A model generated the notes under the pieces. It saw only the letters and a list, made by a program, of their open reading frames with translations, searched no databases and was not told the origin of the DNA. From positions 256,336-320,335 of the forward strand of contig NW_003314344.1 in assembly GCF_000143415.4 (NCBI RefSeq): DNA of 64,000 nt, in the 5' to 3' direction. Below, one piece after another: positions 37,526 through 50,187 of the stretch; position 1 is the stretch's first letter; each line of letters begins with the position of its first letter. The DNA is from Selaginella moellendorffii (lineage: Eukaryota; Plantae; Lycopodiophyta). The translations under genes and the position numbers were made by a program.

Positions 37526-38227
37526 TCACGACGATAGCAGCTTCTGCAAGATGGCGTACGAGACCCAAGCGTCGACGCACGCGTAGTTCACTTGAGCATC
37601 GCTGAGGTGGAGGTTCTCCCAGTTGCTCATCGTCACTCTCTTGGGCTTGTCCATTCCAAGCCCAATCACAATGCTGGCCATCTTCTTGAGCCCCTGGTTT
37701 CTAAGCTGCTGGTTTCCAAGCTTCTCGGTGGCCAGGACGCCCAGCTCCACCGTGCCTTTGCACACCAGGCCATGGTCTCTCTCCAGCTTCTCCGCGTCGT
37801 TCTTCACACCAACACCGCCAAACATGGCCTTGGAGCTCGAGTTCTTGAGGAACTCCACCAGCGCGTCCGGGATCTGGTCGATGTAGCACATCTGGACGAT
37901 GAGGCATTCCGTCTCTCCACAGATTTGGATGAGAGCCACCTTGTTCTCCTCCCCCATGACGCGATTCGGCTTCCACTCGAGATCCACCCCGAAGACACTC
38001 CCGTCCTGCCGCAAGACCCAGCTCTCGATCTCCGCCGCATCGCTCGTCACCACCACATCGATCTTCCGGCCGAAAACCATGACCGTCGTCCGCCGCGTCT
38101 TGGCGTGGACGAGCAGCTGGCTCTTGCAGACGTAATCCCATACCTTCCTGCGCTTGCGACTCGTGACAATCTCGATTTCATGCTCGCGCGGGGAGATCGC
38201 CCCATCGCCTCCTTGCGGCCTCTTCAT
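37526..38227 (-). CDS. Werner syndrome-like 3'-5' exonuclease (DEDDy), intronless
   Basis: FGVDLEWKP (ExoI), GVGVKNDAEKL (ExoII), SNWENLHLSDAQVNYACVDAW (ExoIII). Confidence 0.93.
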   Translation of the reverse strand: MKRPQGGDGAISPREHEIEIVTSRKRRKVWDYVCKSQLLVHAKTRRTTVMVFGRKIDVVVTSDAAEIESWVLRQDGSVFGVDLEWKPNRVMGEENKVALIQICGETECLIVQMCYIDQIPDALVEFLKNSSSKAMFGGVGVKNDAEKLERDHGLVCKGTVELGVLATEKLGNQQLRNQGLKKMASIVIGLGMDKPKRVTMSNWENLHLSDAQVNYACVDAWVSYAILQKLLSS

Positions 38228-38550
38228 CGCCGCCGCAAACCCTAAATCCCTCCCATTCTAGGGCTTGGCATTTTCATAAACAGCATATATTTTGAGATGC
38301 TTTTAGGTCACAAATGAATATGCTGCAAAGATGCCGGATTCAAACATTTAAAAACACTTTTTGGCATTGGGGACACCGTGGCGAGCATAGTGAGCTCTAT
38401 GCCCAGCTCAAATTTCTCGGGGCGTTGCCCACGAAGATAATTCCCAGCCATCGAAGTTGATCGTCGAGCCTCACTACTTAAGCCAGTGATTGGAATTCGT
38501 TCCAGGGGATTTGGCCAAAGATCTCAAGAGCAGCGACCGAGCTCGCAGCT

Positions 38551-40104
38551 ATGGCAGAGTTTCCACCCATCGAAAAGTGTGGCACCACAATCAGCCGCGA
38601 GAGCGAATCGGTGGCCTCCGATCTGGATGGAACGCTGCTGCGCGGGAGGAGTTCCTTCCCATACTTTTTCCTCACCACTTTCGAGACGTCGGGGATCTTG
38701 CGCTCCTGGCTGCTCCTCCTCGTCTCGCCTCTCGTCTGGCTTCTCTATCACTTCATCTCCGAGGCCGCTGGAATCAAGCTCCTCATCTTCGCTTCCCTGG
38801 CGGGTGTTCCAGTCTCTCAGATCGAATGCATCGCCCGGAGTGTTCTTCCGCGGTTTTATCTCCAGGATCTCAACCCCGAGACGTGGAAGGTCTTCTCGTC
38901 CTTTGGGAAGAAGATTGTTGTCACAGCGAATCCCAGGATCTTGGTGGAGTCGCTCTGCAAGGAATTCCTAGGTGCTGACGAGGTGATTGGAACCGAGCTG
39001 GAGGTGGATAACCGAGGACGAGCAACCGGTTTCGTCAAGAGCCCCGGAGTTCTCGTTGGAGAGAACAAAGCCAAGGCCTTGCTCCAGGCCTGTGATCCCG
39101 AGCAGCTCCCAGACGTTGGACTTGGCGATCGGCAGACCGATTTCCCGTTCATGAAGCTTTGCAAGGTACGTAACAAAAGATCGTCCCTCCTTCCCGCGAC
39201 TTAGCAGTTCTCACGCTGGCTTCTCTCAATCCAGGAAGGATACGTCGTCCCCCCAAGCAACAACGTGGAGCCAGTTCCAAAGTCCCAGCTTCTGAAGCCC
39301 ATCATCTTTCACGATGGTCGTCTCGTCCAGCTTCCGACGCCACTCGTGGCTCTCGTCACCCTCCTCTGGATCCCCGTCGGCTTCGTTCTAGCCTGCCTCC
39401 GAATCGCCGCAGGCTCGCTGCTTCCCATGTCAATCGTGTACCATGCCTTCTGGCTGCTGGGAGTCCGAGTGACCGTGAAAGGAACGCCACCTCCGAGAGC
39501 CACCAAGAACTCCCGAGGCGTCCTCTTCATCTGCTCGCACCGGACGCTGCTAGATCCAATCTTCCTGTCGTGTGCGCTGGGCCGAGGCGTCTCCGCCGTG
39601 ACTTACTCGGTGTCCCGACTGTCCGAGATCCTCAGCCCGATCAAAACAGTGGCTCTCTCCAGGAACCGCTACAAGGACGCGGCTCAGATCCGGGAGCTCC
39701 TGAAAGAAGGCGACCTGGTAATCTGCCCCGAGGGAACGACGTGTCGGGAGCCATTCCTGCTGCGTTTCAGCGCACTGTTCGCGGAGCTGGCCGACGATAT
39801 CGTCCCCGTCGCCATGGACAACCGGATGAGCATGTTCCACGGCACCGCTGCTCGTGCCTGGAAGGGGATGGACCCATTCTACTTCTTCATGAATCCCAGC
39901 CCCAGCTACGAGGTAACGTTCCTCCAGCAGCTCCCGGAAGAGCTCACTTGCAAGGGCGGCAAGAGCTCCCACGAAGTCGCAAACCATATCCAGCGAGCTC
40001 TGGCGGGAGTGCTAGATTTCGAGTGTACCAATCTGACGAGGAAGGACAAGTACAAGGCGCTCGTCGGCACGGACGGATCGGTGGAGACCAAGAAGTCAAC
40101 GTGA
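38551..40104 (+). CDS. GPAT: sn-2 glycerol-3-phosphate acyltransferase, GPAT4/6/8-type (HAD phosphatase + PlsC); exons 38551-39165, 39235-40104
   Basis: DLDGTL and [11 protein letters not shown] motifs intact; HRTLLDP and [10 protein letters not shown] acyltransferase motifs. Confidence 0.96.
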
Positions 40105-40463
40105 GCGAGTGTCGGCCGTGTGTTGACTAGAGTGGACTGTTCTGGTCAGCGGGAGTTGACTTGGAGGTGACTGAGTTGAATTAACTGGAAGAGATTGAGA
40201 GCGATGGCGTCGCGGAAGTGATGCATTCATAATTTTTTTTTGCGGGACTGCGACTCCCACAACTTTTAACAAATCAAATTGGATCTGCAAGAGCGTCGCT
40301 GTCAGTAGCCCGTGGAGAGAAAAGAAAAGAGAGAAGAAAAGATTAAACTTGCGACCTTTGCCACGACTTTCTGGATGATCGATCGGCCGCGCTCCCATTT
40401 CTCCTTCTCCCGAGGAGCTTGTCGAGTGCGTTGTCGTGTCGATCATCGCCGGCGAGCGTGAGA

Positions 40464-40805
40464 ATGCAGCAGTGGAAGCGGAGGAGGAGCGTTCTGGGAC
40501 GGCTTTGCAGTGGAATCCAGAGATGTGGGAGGCTGGCGAGGAGGAAGTGGGAGAGGCTTTGCGAGAGGAGGAAGCTAAAGATGCAAAGGAGGAGGAGGTA
40601 CGTGAAGCTGGGAAGAACAAGGACGAGAGTTTGGGGGCTCAAAGTGATGCGTCCTCGAGTGAAATGGATGGTCTTGCAGCTTAGAGAGCTGCGAGATGGC
40701 TACCTGAGATTTGTAGTGAGGTTTGCTGGGATTGTAGCGATGGGACATATGTCTGGCGCCATAGCTTTCAATCAGTGGAGCTTTCCAGTCATCTCCTCGT
40801 GTTAA
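40464..40805 (+). CDS. Small basic uncharacterised land-plant protein (113 aa)
   Basis: ATG 40464. RRKWERL..RYVKLG..RVWGLK..LRELRDGYLRFVVRFA resembles from memory a plant unknown-function family (RRxxYxRL...LG...W+lK...LRDAY). Not verified by search. Confidence 0.6.
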   Translation: MQQWKRRRSVLGRLCSGIQRCGRLARRKWERLCERRKLKMQRRRRYVKLGRTRTRVWGLKVMRPRVKWMVLQLRELRDGYLRFVVRFAGIVAMGHMSGAIAFNQWSFPVISSC

Positions 40806-41196
40806 ATCAAATCCATTAGTTTCGTGATCTAGATGGAAAGGAAAGGAGACTGTGTTTCTAGATTTCTAGACTCACAGATTTGTAGTGGAAGGGAAAATCA
40901 AGAACCAAATGCTCTGGAAGAGTTGCGATTAGAGACCTTGTGAGGCATTTCAAGGAATGCGAGCGCTTACCAGTCTAGATCCGCGATGAATCTAAGCGCG
41001 ACATGGCGCCGGCGCAATGAAATCCTTGCTCGCGCGCGTTAGGGTTCTTCGCGGCGAAGAGGAAAGCTTTTAATATATTAAACAAAGAAATCCCTCTCTC
41101 CTGTTAGGGTTTTGGTTGCTCTTCTTGGAGCGGTGCTCACGGCGCAATCGATTCCTCGAGGTTTGTAGCTAGAGATCTCTCGCATCGCTCAGGGCT

Positions 41197-42806
41197 ATGG
41201 TAGCCAACGCCAACTGGTCGCAGCCAGTCCGCAGTCCTAGCGCCACAGTCACAGTGCCTGGATCGAAATCTTCCTCGGCTCGAAAATCCACCGCTGCGAC
41301 TTCCGAGAGCTCTCCTCGTCCTCCTCGTCCTCCTCTTCCTCCTGCGCAGCCGATGGATTCCTCAAACTCCGCGCCGCCTCCTTTCCTCAACAAGACTTAC
41401 GACATGGTGGAGGACCCTTCCACCGATCCCATCGTCTCCTGGAACCCATCGGGGAATGGCTTCATTGTCTGGAATCTCAATGAGTTCCAACAACAGCTCC
41501 TCCCAAAGTTCTTCAAGCACAACAACTTCTCGAGCTTCGTCCGGCAGCTCAACACCTATGTAAGTTTCTCCAGGTTTTCTTGGTTGGATTGATAGAAGCT
41601 CCAATGGTTCCTCCAATTTTTTTTCTTTAAAAAATGCTAGAGTAAAGTTCTTCCGGTTCTACAGGAACTGCTTTAGATAGTGGCTAACGTGGAGTGTTTT
41701 GGTGGCAGGGATTTCGCAAAGTTGACCCCGACCGCTGGGAGTTTGGGAACGAAGGTTTTCTAAAAGGAAAGAAGCAGCTTCTCAAAGGCATTCACAGGAA
41801 GAAGTCGGCCTCTCATCAGCCTCCCGCGGTCCAGCAACCGCAACCGCAGCCACAGCCGAGCTCGAAGCCGGCGTGCGTGGAAGTTGGCAAGTTCGGACTG
41901 GAAGGAGAGATTGAGCGGCTAAAACGCGACAAGAACGTCCTGATGTCGGAACTGGTGAGACTCCGACAGCAGCAGCAGCAGACGGACAGCGATCTCCAGA
42001 TGATCTTGCAGCGACTTCACGTAACCGAGCAAAGGCAGCAGCAGATGATCTCGTTCCTGGCCAAGGCGATGCAAAGCCCGAGCTTTTTGGCGCATCTAGT
42101 CCAGCAGAACGAGAGTAAGAAGAGGCTAGCCGCGAGCGCGAGAAAGAAGCGAAGGCTTCCAAAGCAGCAGGACGGCAGCGAGCAGCAGAGCGATGGTAGC
42201 GATGTCGTCGACGAAACTCCATCTCCGGGGGAGGGACAGATCGTCAAGTACCAGCCAAATAACGATCCCATGGCGATGCTCATGCATTTCTTCAACTCTC
42301 CCGAGCATTCGCCATCGGCGTCAGCGGGATCCAAGAAGCTGGACATGGAGGTTTCCTTCCGGGACTTGGATTTGAATCCGGCACAGGACGGCAAAGGGCT
42401 GACGCTCACGGAGATGCATTCCGCCCAGATGATGGGAGATCTTTTGCTGTCGTCTCCTTCTCGGGTCGATAGTGGTGACATGCAAATCGCTCCAGCGTCT
42501 CCGCTGAGCTTGATGAGATTTGAGGCCTTGGCGGAGGAGCAGCAACAAGGCGAGAGTGGCGATGGCAGTGGTGGCGGTGGCGAGGAACAGTCCAAGGAGG
42601 AGGATGGTGGCCTGGATTCTTCGGGAGTTCCCGAGTTTATGATGGACATCGAGTGGGATCAGTTCCTGGCGGACGTTGCAGGGGAGGGTGGCAGCGACAA
42701 CATCGATTTTGTGGAGGGATCGAATGCGAACCAGTGGTGGGACGAAAATGGTGACAAGGTGAGCGAGCTCGCAGAGCAGATAGGCCAGCTTACATCAACT
42801 ACGTAG
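41197..42806 (+). CDS. HSFA1-like: Class A heat-shock transcription factor (HsfA1-like); exons 41197-41559, 41709-42806 (alternative start 41353)
   Basis: [29 protein letters not shown]|[15 protein letters not shown] with the conserved intron; HR-A/B with class A insert; NLS KKRRLPK; AHA-like DIEWDQFL; [11 protein letters not shown]. Confidence 0.96.
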
Positions 42807-43173
42807 TTCGTTGGTTTTTATGTAGGAAATCTTTTCAAAATATAGGCAGGGCCTACTCCTTTAATTACATTTCAGTTACAATTTTTTACACAAAGCATAA
42901 ATATTGATAATTTAGTACTGAGTTTTGATAATGGAATATTCAACTATCTAAAAGATTTAGATTAATTTTGTATTTATAATTTATAAGTATAGTTTATAAA
43001 CTTTCCTAAACATAAAATTTGTATTAAGCAAACTATATGTTCTACATATAACTAATATTTTGTAGTATAATAATAATATATTCATTTCAAAATTAACTCA
43101 TTCTTTATTTGTTTATATATTTGCTATAGATTTAAATTCTTTATGTTTTTGTGAATGCATGGAATACAAAAGT

Positions 43174-46100
43174 TGTGAGTGCATGGAATATGGAAAGGGA
43201 ATACAGAAATGTGCATATCAATTAGCCCAAAAACCCTAGCTTATATACAGGAGCGAGTGGTCCGGATTGAAACCAATCCGACGGCTACCAAAATCCACTA
43301 CGCTAATATTAGTATACGACATCGTAGCCGTACACTTGGCCCTCACATCATCCCCTCCTCTCGGAATAATGGAAGGCCGTCAGGGTTCTCTTGTAGATGG
43401 GCTGGGATCTGGAGGAACGTCAGGAGGAGGCATCGGCGGATCTGTAGACGGTATTAACTGCTCCTGATCCCTTTGTATGAAGCATTTTAACCGCTGCACA
43501 TGCACAATCTCCGGAGGATCGGTTTGCTAAACATCATGCCGAACCTCATAAACTTGCGGTCCAACTTGCCACAACACCCGATACGGTCCTTTCCACTGCG
43601 CAAGGAGCCCCTTAGATAAACCATGTACCGTAAGATGGGGAAAACGAACTAACACCAAATCATTCACTTTGTACTCCGCAGGTGGACGATGATGGGAGTT
43701 GTAGCGCCGTTGTTGTCCCACTTGTACGCGGCCTAAGTGTTCGGCAGACTCTACTCGGACAAGTGGAAGAATGCTTGTCAAATACTGATCCCATGACCTA
43801 GCATCAGGAGCTCGTGGCAATCGCGAAGGTAAACCCAACTCTGTTGGTAATATTGGATCATGACCATATAGAAGTTTATATGGTGAAGCACCAATAGAAC
43901 TCTGCACCCCTGTGACATAGGCATACCGAAGAAACGGCAAATAACCATCCCAATCCGAATGCTGGAAGTTCACATACTTCAAAATCATCCCTTTGAATGT
44001 CCGAATGAGCCGTTCCACCAGACCGTCTGATTGTGGATGATAAGCACTCGTAAAAGTGTGGCGTATCCCCAACCGAGATGTCAAAACATGAAATACCTCA
44101 GCCATAAATGCAGGACCATTATCCGAAAGAATCCGCTCTGGACAAGAATGCTGGGACACCACTCGATTGAGGAGGAAGTATCCAACAACAGTTGCAGAGG
44201 CGCTAGCAAGAGCACCAACTTCCACCCGACGAGTCAAGTAGTCAGAAGCAATAATAACATACTCATTGCCAGCAGTCGATCGTGGAAAAGGTCCCATAAG
44301 ATCAAACGCCACCAACTCAAACGGACGGGAAATTGCAATTGACTCCAACCGTCCTTCCGCAGCACAAGGGGGAGTATTACGAGCTTGGCACCAAACGCAA
44401 CTACACACATACCGAATAATATCACGTCGCATCTCCGGCCAATAGAAAGACTTGCGCAGCTTCTCGGTGACACGACAGTGTCCCATATGCCCACCTAGAA
44501 CAGGAGAATCATGGTAGGCATGGAGAAACCGCGGAATAAACACCGAAGGTACCACCAGTCGTAAATGATTATCAGGATCCGTCCCCACAAAATAAAGAAG
44601 GCCATCTTCAAGGCGATATTGAGAATGTAAATGCCGGAAAGGTAAGTCATCAGCAAGTGATGCAAGATTCTCAAACCCATCTCGAAGCCTTCGAATCCAT
44701 GGCTCAATCCTTTGAGCCTCGCGAACCTCCTCAAGAGAAGGCAGATCTTGCTCTGCACCCTGTGGACACTAAACGTCAAGGACAGCAACCGCCGACGGCA
44801 CAGAATCCTCATCTAGAAAATCCACAGATGCTGGAACAACAGGTTCGTCAGAATGATGAGAAGTGAGTGGAGAAGGAAGAGGAGCTCGAGAAAGGGCATC
44901 AGCATCAGCCATAGAACTCCCTGGGCGATGAACAACATCGAAATCATATATCTGAAGCTTCAAAGCCCATCGAGCCGTATGACCAACCAGGTTCTTCCGC
45001 TTCAATAATGAAGTAACAACAGCATGGTCACCTTCAAGTAATGTCCGAGAACCATGTAGATATGCATGAAGTTTCTCGAAACCCCAGACTGCTGCTAAAC
45101 ACTCCTTCTCCGTCGTGGAGTAATTCATCTCCGCTGGTTGTAATGTACGGCTTATGTATGCAATGGGATGGCGTTGACCAAGCACACTCGAGCTCTCTTG
45201 CATCAACACACCTCCAAGACCAATGTTAGAAGCATCCACGTGCAAAATAAAAGGTCGAGTGTAGTCAAGATATGCCAAAACCGGAGGAGTCGTTGAGATC
45301 CACGAACGCCCGCTCACAATCCGGAGACCAGATGAAAGATGACGTTGATGACTTCAGCAACACTCGCAATGGTGTAGTGCGATCGGAAAGATGATCCACA
45401 AAACGACCAAGATACTGCACCTTACCCAAAAAGTGTTGGACATCATTTACACACTTCGGAGTAAGGAACTTTAGAACAGCCACAAGTTTGTCAGGATCAA
45501 CTTGCAAACCCTCACGAGAAATACGGTACCCAAGATAAGTTGTGTCCTTAGACCCAAACACGCACTTCGACCGCTTCAGCTTTAAACCAACGTCGTGTAG
45601 CCGATCCAACACTTTACAAACATCACGAACGTGCTCCTCCCACGTCCCCTCCGAGTGGATCAAGACATCATCAATGAAGTCAGCAGTCACCTCCGGCATA
45701 TCGCAAAGAACCTCGTCCATCATCCGTTAGAAAGTTGCTGGAGCATTGTTCAAACCAAACGGCATCACCAAGAACTCGTACAAACCAAATGGTGTACGAA
45801 AAGCAGTCTTAGGAATATCTTCTTCGGCCATCGGTACTTGTCAATACCCAGAAGCAAGATCTAGCTTGGTGAACCAACGACTCCGCCCCAGACGATCCAA
45901 GAGATCAGCAGTGTGAGGAAGAGGATACACATCTGGGATCGTCACTTCATTTAACGGACGATAGTCGATGCAGAAACGAATACTCCCATCAGGCTTCGTC
46001 ACAAGATGAGGTTCACATGCTCAAGGACTCCGTGACTTCCGAATAACACCCTTTTCCAGCATTTCCTTGACGTTTGCTCGTAAAATTTTGATCTCCTTAG

Positions 46101-48138
46101 GTGACCGACGACGAATAGGAACCTTGATTGGATGAGCATCCCCGGTTGGAATTGGATGACATGTGGCAATCTTGGCCCCAGACGATAGGTCAAATTCAAA
46201 GAGATCAGAATACTCCTTCATGAGCCAGTCAACTGCTACAACACAAAGATCGTCGGAGGGATCGGAAAAGGGAAAAGCAGAACAAGATGGAAACACAGAA
46301 GGAAAGAGTGGGGAAACAAAAGTAATGGAAGCAGAGGTAGAAGTAGAGGGACGAAGAGGTATGGAAGTGAGAGGAATGGATGAAACATAAGGAAGTATGA
46401 GACAAGGGGGAGAAGCCTCAAAGTTTCACTTGGCATGATTGCGCTGCAACCAATCCATACCAAGAATGAGGTCAAAAGCTTGACTCGGCACCACCCGCAA
46501 CGACTGCAACTCAAGCTCGAGACCGCCCACACGCACAACCAGGTCCACCTCATCCCGTGCACATGCATGTGTACGGCCGTTGCCATAAAGAATGAAAACT
46601 GGTTCTGCCGCATGACGCAAGTGTAGACGACAACGTGTGGCAACAGGTCGAGCAATAGAAGATAAACTCGAACCTGTATCAACCAACATGGAGAGAATAA
46701 TAGGAGACTTCTTGTTATTAAAAACGAGCTTGGAAAGTAAACACTGAATGAACTGGTGCCGAATGAACCCCTTGATGATACTCCCGAAAGAAAGATGGAG
46801 GGGTCACTGATTTATTCGCGCAAGGTCCCTCCGTTACTCGCGCGACTCCTCGTTTCCCAGATGCATCTTGGTGTCCAGAACTTCCACTGCAACAGCACCC
46901 AGGGGACATTGCTGACGCCAAGGTCTCCACCCAGGAAATGGAGGTCGCCAATCCGGAAAACGACGGCAACGCCGATAAGTATGACCAACTTCATCACACG
47001 CCCAGCAGTGAACATCACGGCCATGACCACGTCCTCGCACGTGTCCTTGGACTCGAGCAGCACCAGCATCAACCTCCATTGGAACAGGACCATCACCCAT
47101 AGGAAGTGGAGCAGAAGGACGTGCAGCGAGAAGTGGAAGAGGCGACGTCTCATAACGTTGTGCCAAGCGAAGAGCATCGTCAAAGGTGGCAGGAGCAAGT
47201 GCATGCACAAGTCCGACAAGATCTTGACGAAGTGCTGGCCACAACATTCCTAGCTTGATCCGCTCCGACATATTTGGCTCCGCACGAAGCAAAAGACTTC
47301 GGAAACGAACGCCAAATTGCATCACCGACTCTGATGGCCCTTGGCGAAGACGATGCAATTGTTGGAAAGCATCATCACAATCATCGGCATGTCCAAAGGC
47401 ACGTTTGAAGACGTCCGGGAGAACACTCCAATCCCCACGAGTAGCTGCGCTCAAACCATTGTACCACTGCAACGCCGTCCCTTGGAGACACGTGGGAAAC
47501 TCACACAATCGTCGAGCATCATCCCAAGAATGATATGTGGCAATCACCGTAAAGTGATCGAACCAATAGTACACATCATCCCTAGGATTCCCGCGAAAGA
47601 ACTCCGGTCGAACGCGAGGATTGGCACCAAGAGCAGGAGGAGTTGTACCACGTGCCGTGAACACCGCTATCAACTAAGTTTGGTTGTTCAATTGCAAGCA
47701 CATAGCATCAAGCAATTGAACTAACTGCTGCTCTAGAGTCAAAGGAGGAGATTGCGGATCGGCCATGGATCGAAACCAAAATCCTGAAAGGAAAGAACAA
47801 AAGAAAGGAAATGGAAAAAGCTAGATCTAGACGATGCAAAAGCTAGATCTAAACCGAAATCCCAAAAAGCTAGATCTAGACGATGCAAAAACTAGATCTA
47901 AACCGAAATCCCAAATCCAAGCACTCCCCAGGGACAATCAAAAGGTGCCCCTCAACTCCACCAATGTGAGTGTATGGAATATGGAAAGGGAATATAGAAA
48001 TGTGCATATCAATTAGCCCAAAAACCCTAGCTTATATATAGGAGCGAGTGGTTCGGATTGAAACCAATCCGACGGCTACCAAAATCCATTACACTAATAT
48101 TAGTATACAACATCGTAGCTGTACACTTGGCCCTCACA
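43174..48138 (-). mobile_element. Youngest Ty3/gypsy copy (4965 bp): 174-bp LTRs 47965-48138 (5') and 43174-43347 (3'), TSD AAGT
   Basis: TG..CA LTRs differing at 8 sites; AAGT at 43170-43173 and 48139-48142; PBS TGGTGGAGTTGAGGGG; PPT GAGGAGGGGATGA; gag 47766-46834 (one premature stop); pol in the -1 frame with DTG, FIDD, RNase H, HHCC-DDE and WKGPY; several stops/indels. Confidence 0.97.
46797..46858 (-). promoter_or_regulatory. Programmed -1 ribosomal frameshift signal (G GGA AAC + 6-nt spacer + H-type pseudoknot)
   Basis: Heptamer in gag phase (CTG GGA AAC); stem 1 UCGCGCGAG/CUUGCGCGA; stem 2 GGAGGG/CCCUCC; the -1 frame continues into pol. Confidence 0.85.
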
Positions 48139-50187
48139 AAGTGTGCATATTAGATTGCTAATAATAATATATAACATTGTAGTTGTACATTTATATCATC
48201 ACCTCCTCTCGAAAAGATGAAAAGGCTTTTATATTGATGGACCAAAATTTAGAGAAACATCTAAAGGAGGCATCAATAGATCTATAGACAATAGAACTTA
48301 TTTTTAATCCTTTTGTAAGAAGCATTTTATTTATTGCACATGTATAATTTGTTGAATATCATTATAAACCTCATAAATTTATGGCTTAACTTGTTGAAAC
48401 ACTTGATACTATCCCTTCCACTAAGCAAGGAAATCATGTATTATATAATTAGGAAAATGGATTAACACTAAGTCATCCATATTTTATTTTACAAGTGAAT
48501 AATAATTAGAATTGTAATGTTGTTGTTATCCCACTTGTATGTGGCTTAAGTGTTCAATAAACTCCATTAGAACTATATTTTTGAGATATTAATCCCAAAA
48601 CCTAGCATTAACAAGTCATGAAAGTAAATTTAACTCCATTGGTATTATAAAATCATAACTATATAAGAGTTTTTATAGTGAAGCATTAACATAACATTAT
48701 ATCCTTGTGATATATGCATACTGAAGAAATGGCAAATAACCATTTTAATTTAAATGTTAAAAAATGTTATGCTTCATAATTATCTTCTTGAAAATCCAAA
48801 TGAGTTATTCCACCAAACCATCTGTTAATGGATGATAATCACTTGTGAAATTGTAACTAAGACATCAAAACATGAAATGCCTTAACTATAAATACAAAAC
48901 CATTATCCAAGAGAATTCGCTCTAAATAAGATTGTTGGAACACTATTTGACTGAGAAGGAAACATTCAATAATAGTTATAAATGCATTAGCAAGAGACCC
49001 TTCTTTTGATCCAATCTAACAACTAACTTCCACTTAACAAGTCAAGTAGTTTGAAATAATAATGATGTATTCACTTTCAATAGTCAACTGTGAAAAAGAC
49101 ATATTATATCAAATGCCACCACCTCATATATTACAATTGACTTCAACCAGCTTTCTGCAACATGAGGGGAAGTATTAAGAGTTGTTATACATAATGCCAC
49201 TATTTTTAGGTCAAGCTTGCCTCCTCATTATCAGTCAAATGAACTATTTTTCACTTTGCAATCAATGTGCGTCTGTTGAGAGCACGGAATCACACGAGGA
49301 GGACCCACCCCCATTACCTGATGACACACACTGCATCTTTAGCCAATAAAAAAATCTACATAATTTCTCAATTAGATGATAATGTTCTATATACCCACAT
49401 AAAATAAAAGAGTCATGGTAAATATGGAGAAATCATGAAATAGAGATCAAATGCACCACTAGCCAAAAATGGTTATCATGATTATTCATAAAGTAAAAAA
49501 GGTCATTCTTAAGACAATATTGAAAATATAAATGCCAAAACATAAAGCATTTAGATCTATGGTTCAATCGTTTGAGCCTTATAAAATTCACTTAAAGAAA
49601 GTAAACCTAACTCTACACATTGTGAAAAATATATATCAAACAAAATGACTATTGATAACATAAAATCTTTATCTAGAAAATCCACTAATAAAAAAACAAT
49701 AAATTCTTTAGATACAAGAGCAAAGAGTAAAGAAAAAAGAGGAGCTCAAAAAAGAGTGTTAGCGTTAACTATAAAATTCCCTAGATGATGAACAACCTCA
49801 AAGTTATATATTCAAGATTTATTGAACAATTTAATCAACTAAGTTATTTTGTTTAAATAATGAAATGACTGTAATATCATTATAGTTTAGCAACTTCCAA
49901 GAACCATGCAAATATGCATGAAATTTTTTAAAATCTCAAACTGCTACTAAATAGCCCTTTTTTGTCGTGGTATAATTTAGCTCTATTGGTGGTAATACAT
50001 AATCAATATATGCAATAGGATGACTCTGATTAAGCACACTCATACTCTTTTGCACCAACACATTTTAAAGATTAATATTATAAATATCCATATACAAAAT
50101 GAAGGGTTAAATGTAATTAAGATATGCTAAAATGAGAGGAGATGTTAACACTTCTTGAAGATTTACAAATGCCTTCTTGCAATCTTA

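Noticed and set aside
40343-40684. Hydrophobic minus-strand ORF and acidic plus-strand ORF
   Set aside because: Neither has an ATG start; both are alternative frames of the purine-rich CDS called at 40464-40805.
43380-43530. Chromodomain or env-like ORF after integrase
   Set aside because: Only a short Pro-rich tail lies between the GPY motif region and the PPT; no chromodomain or extra ORF.
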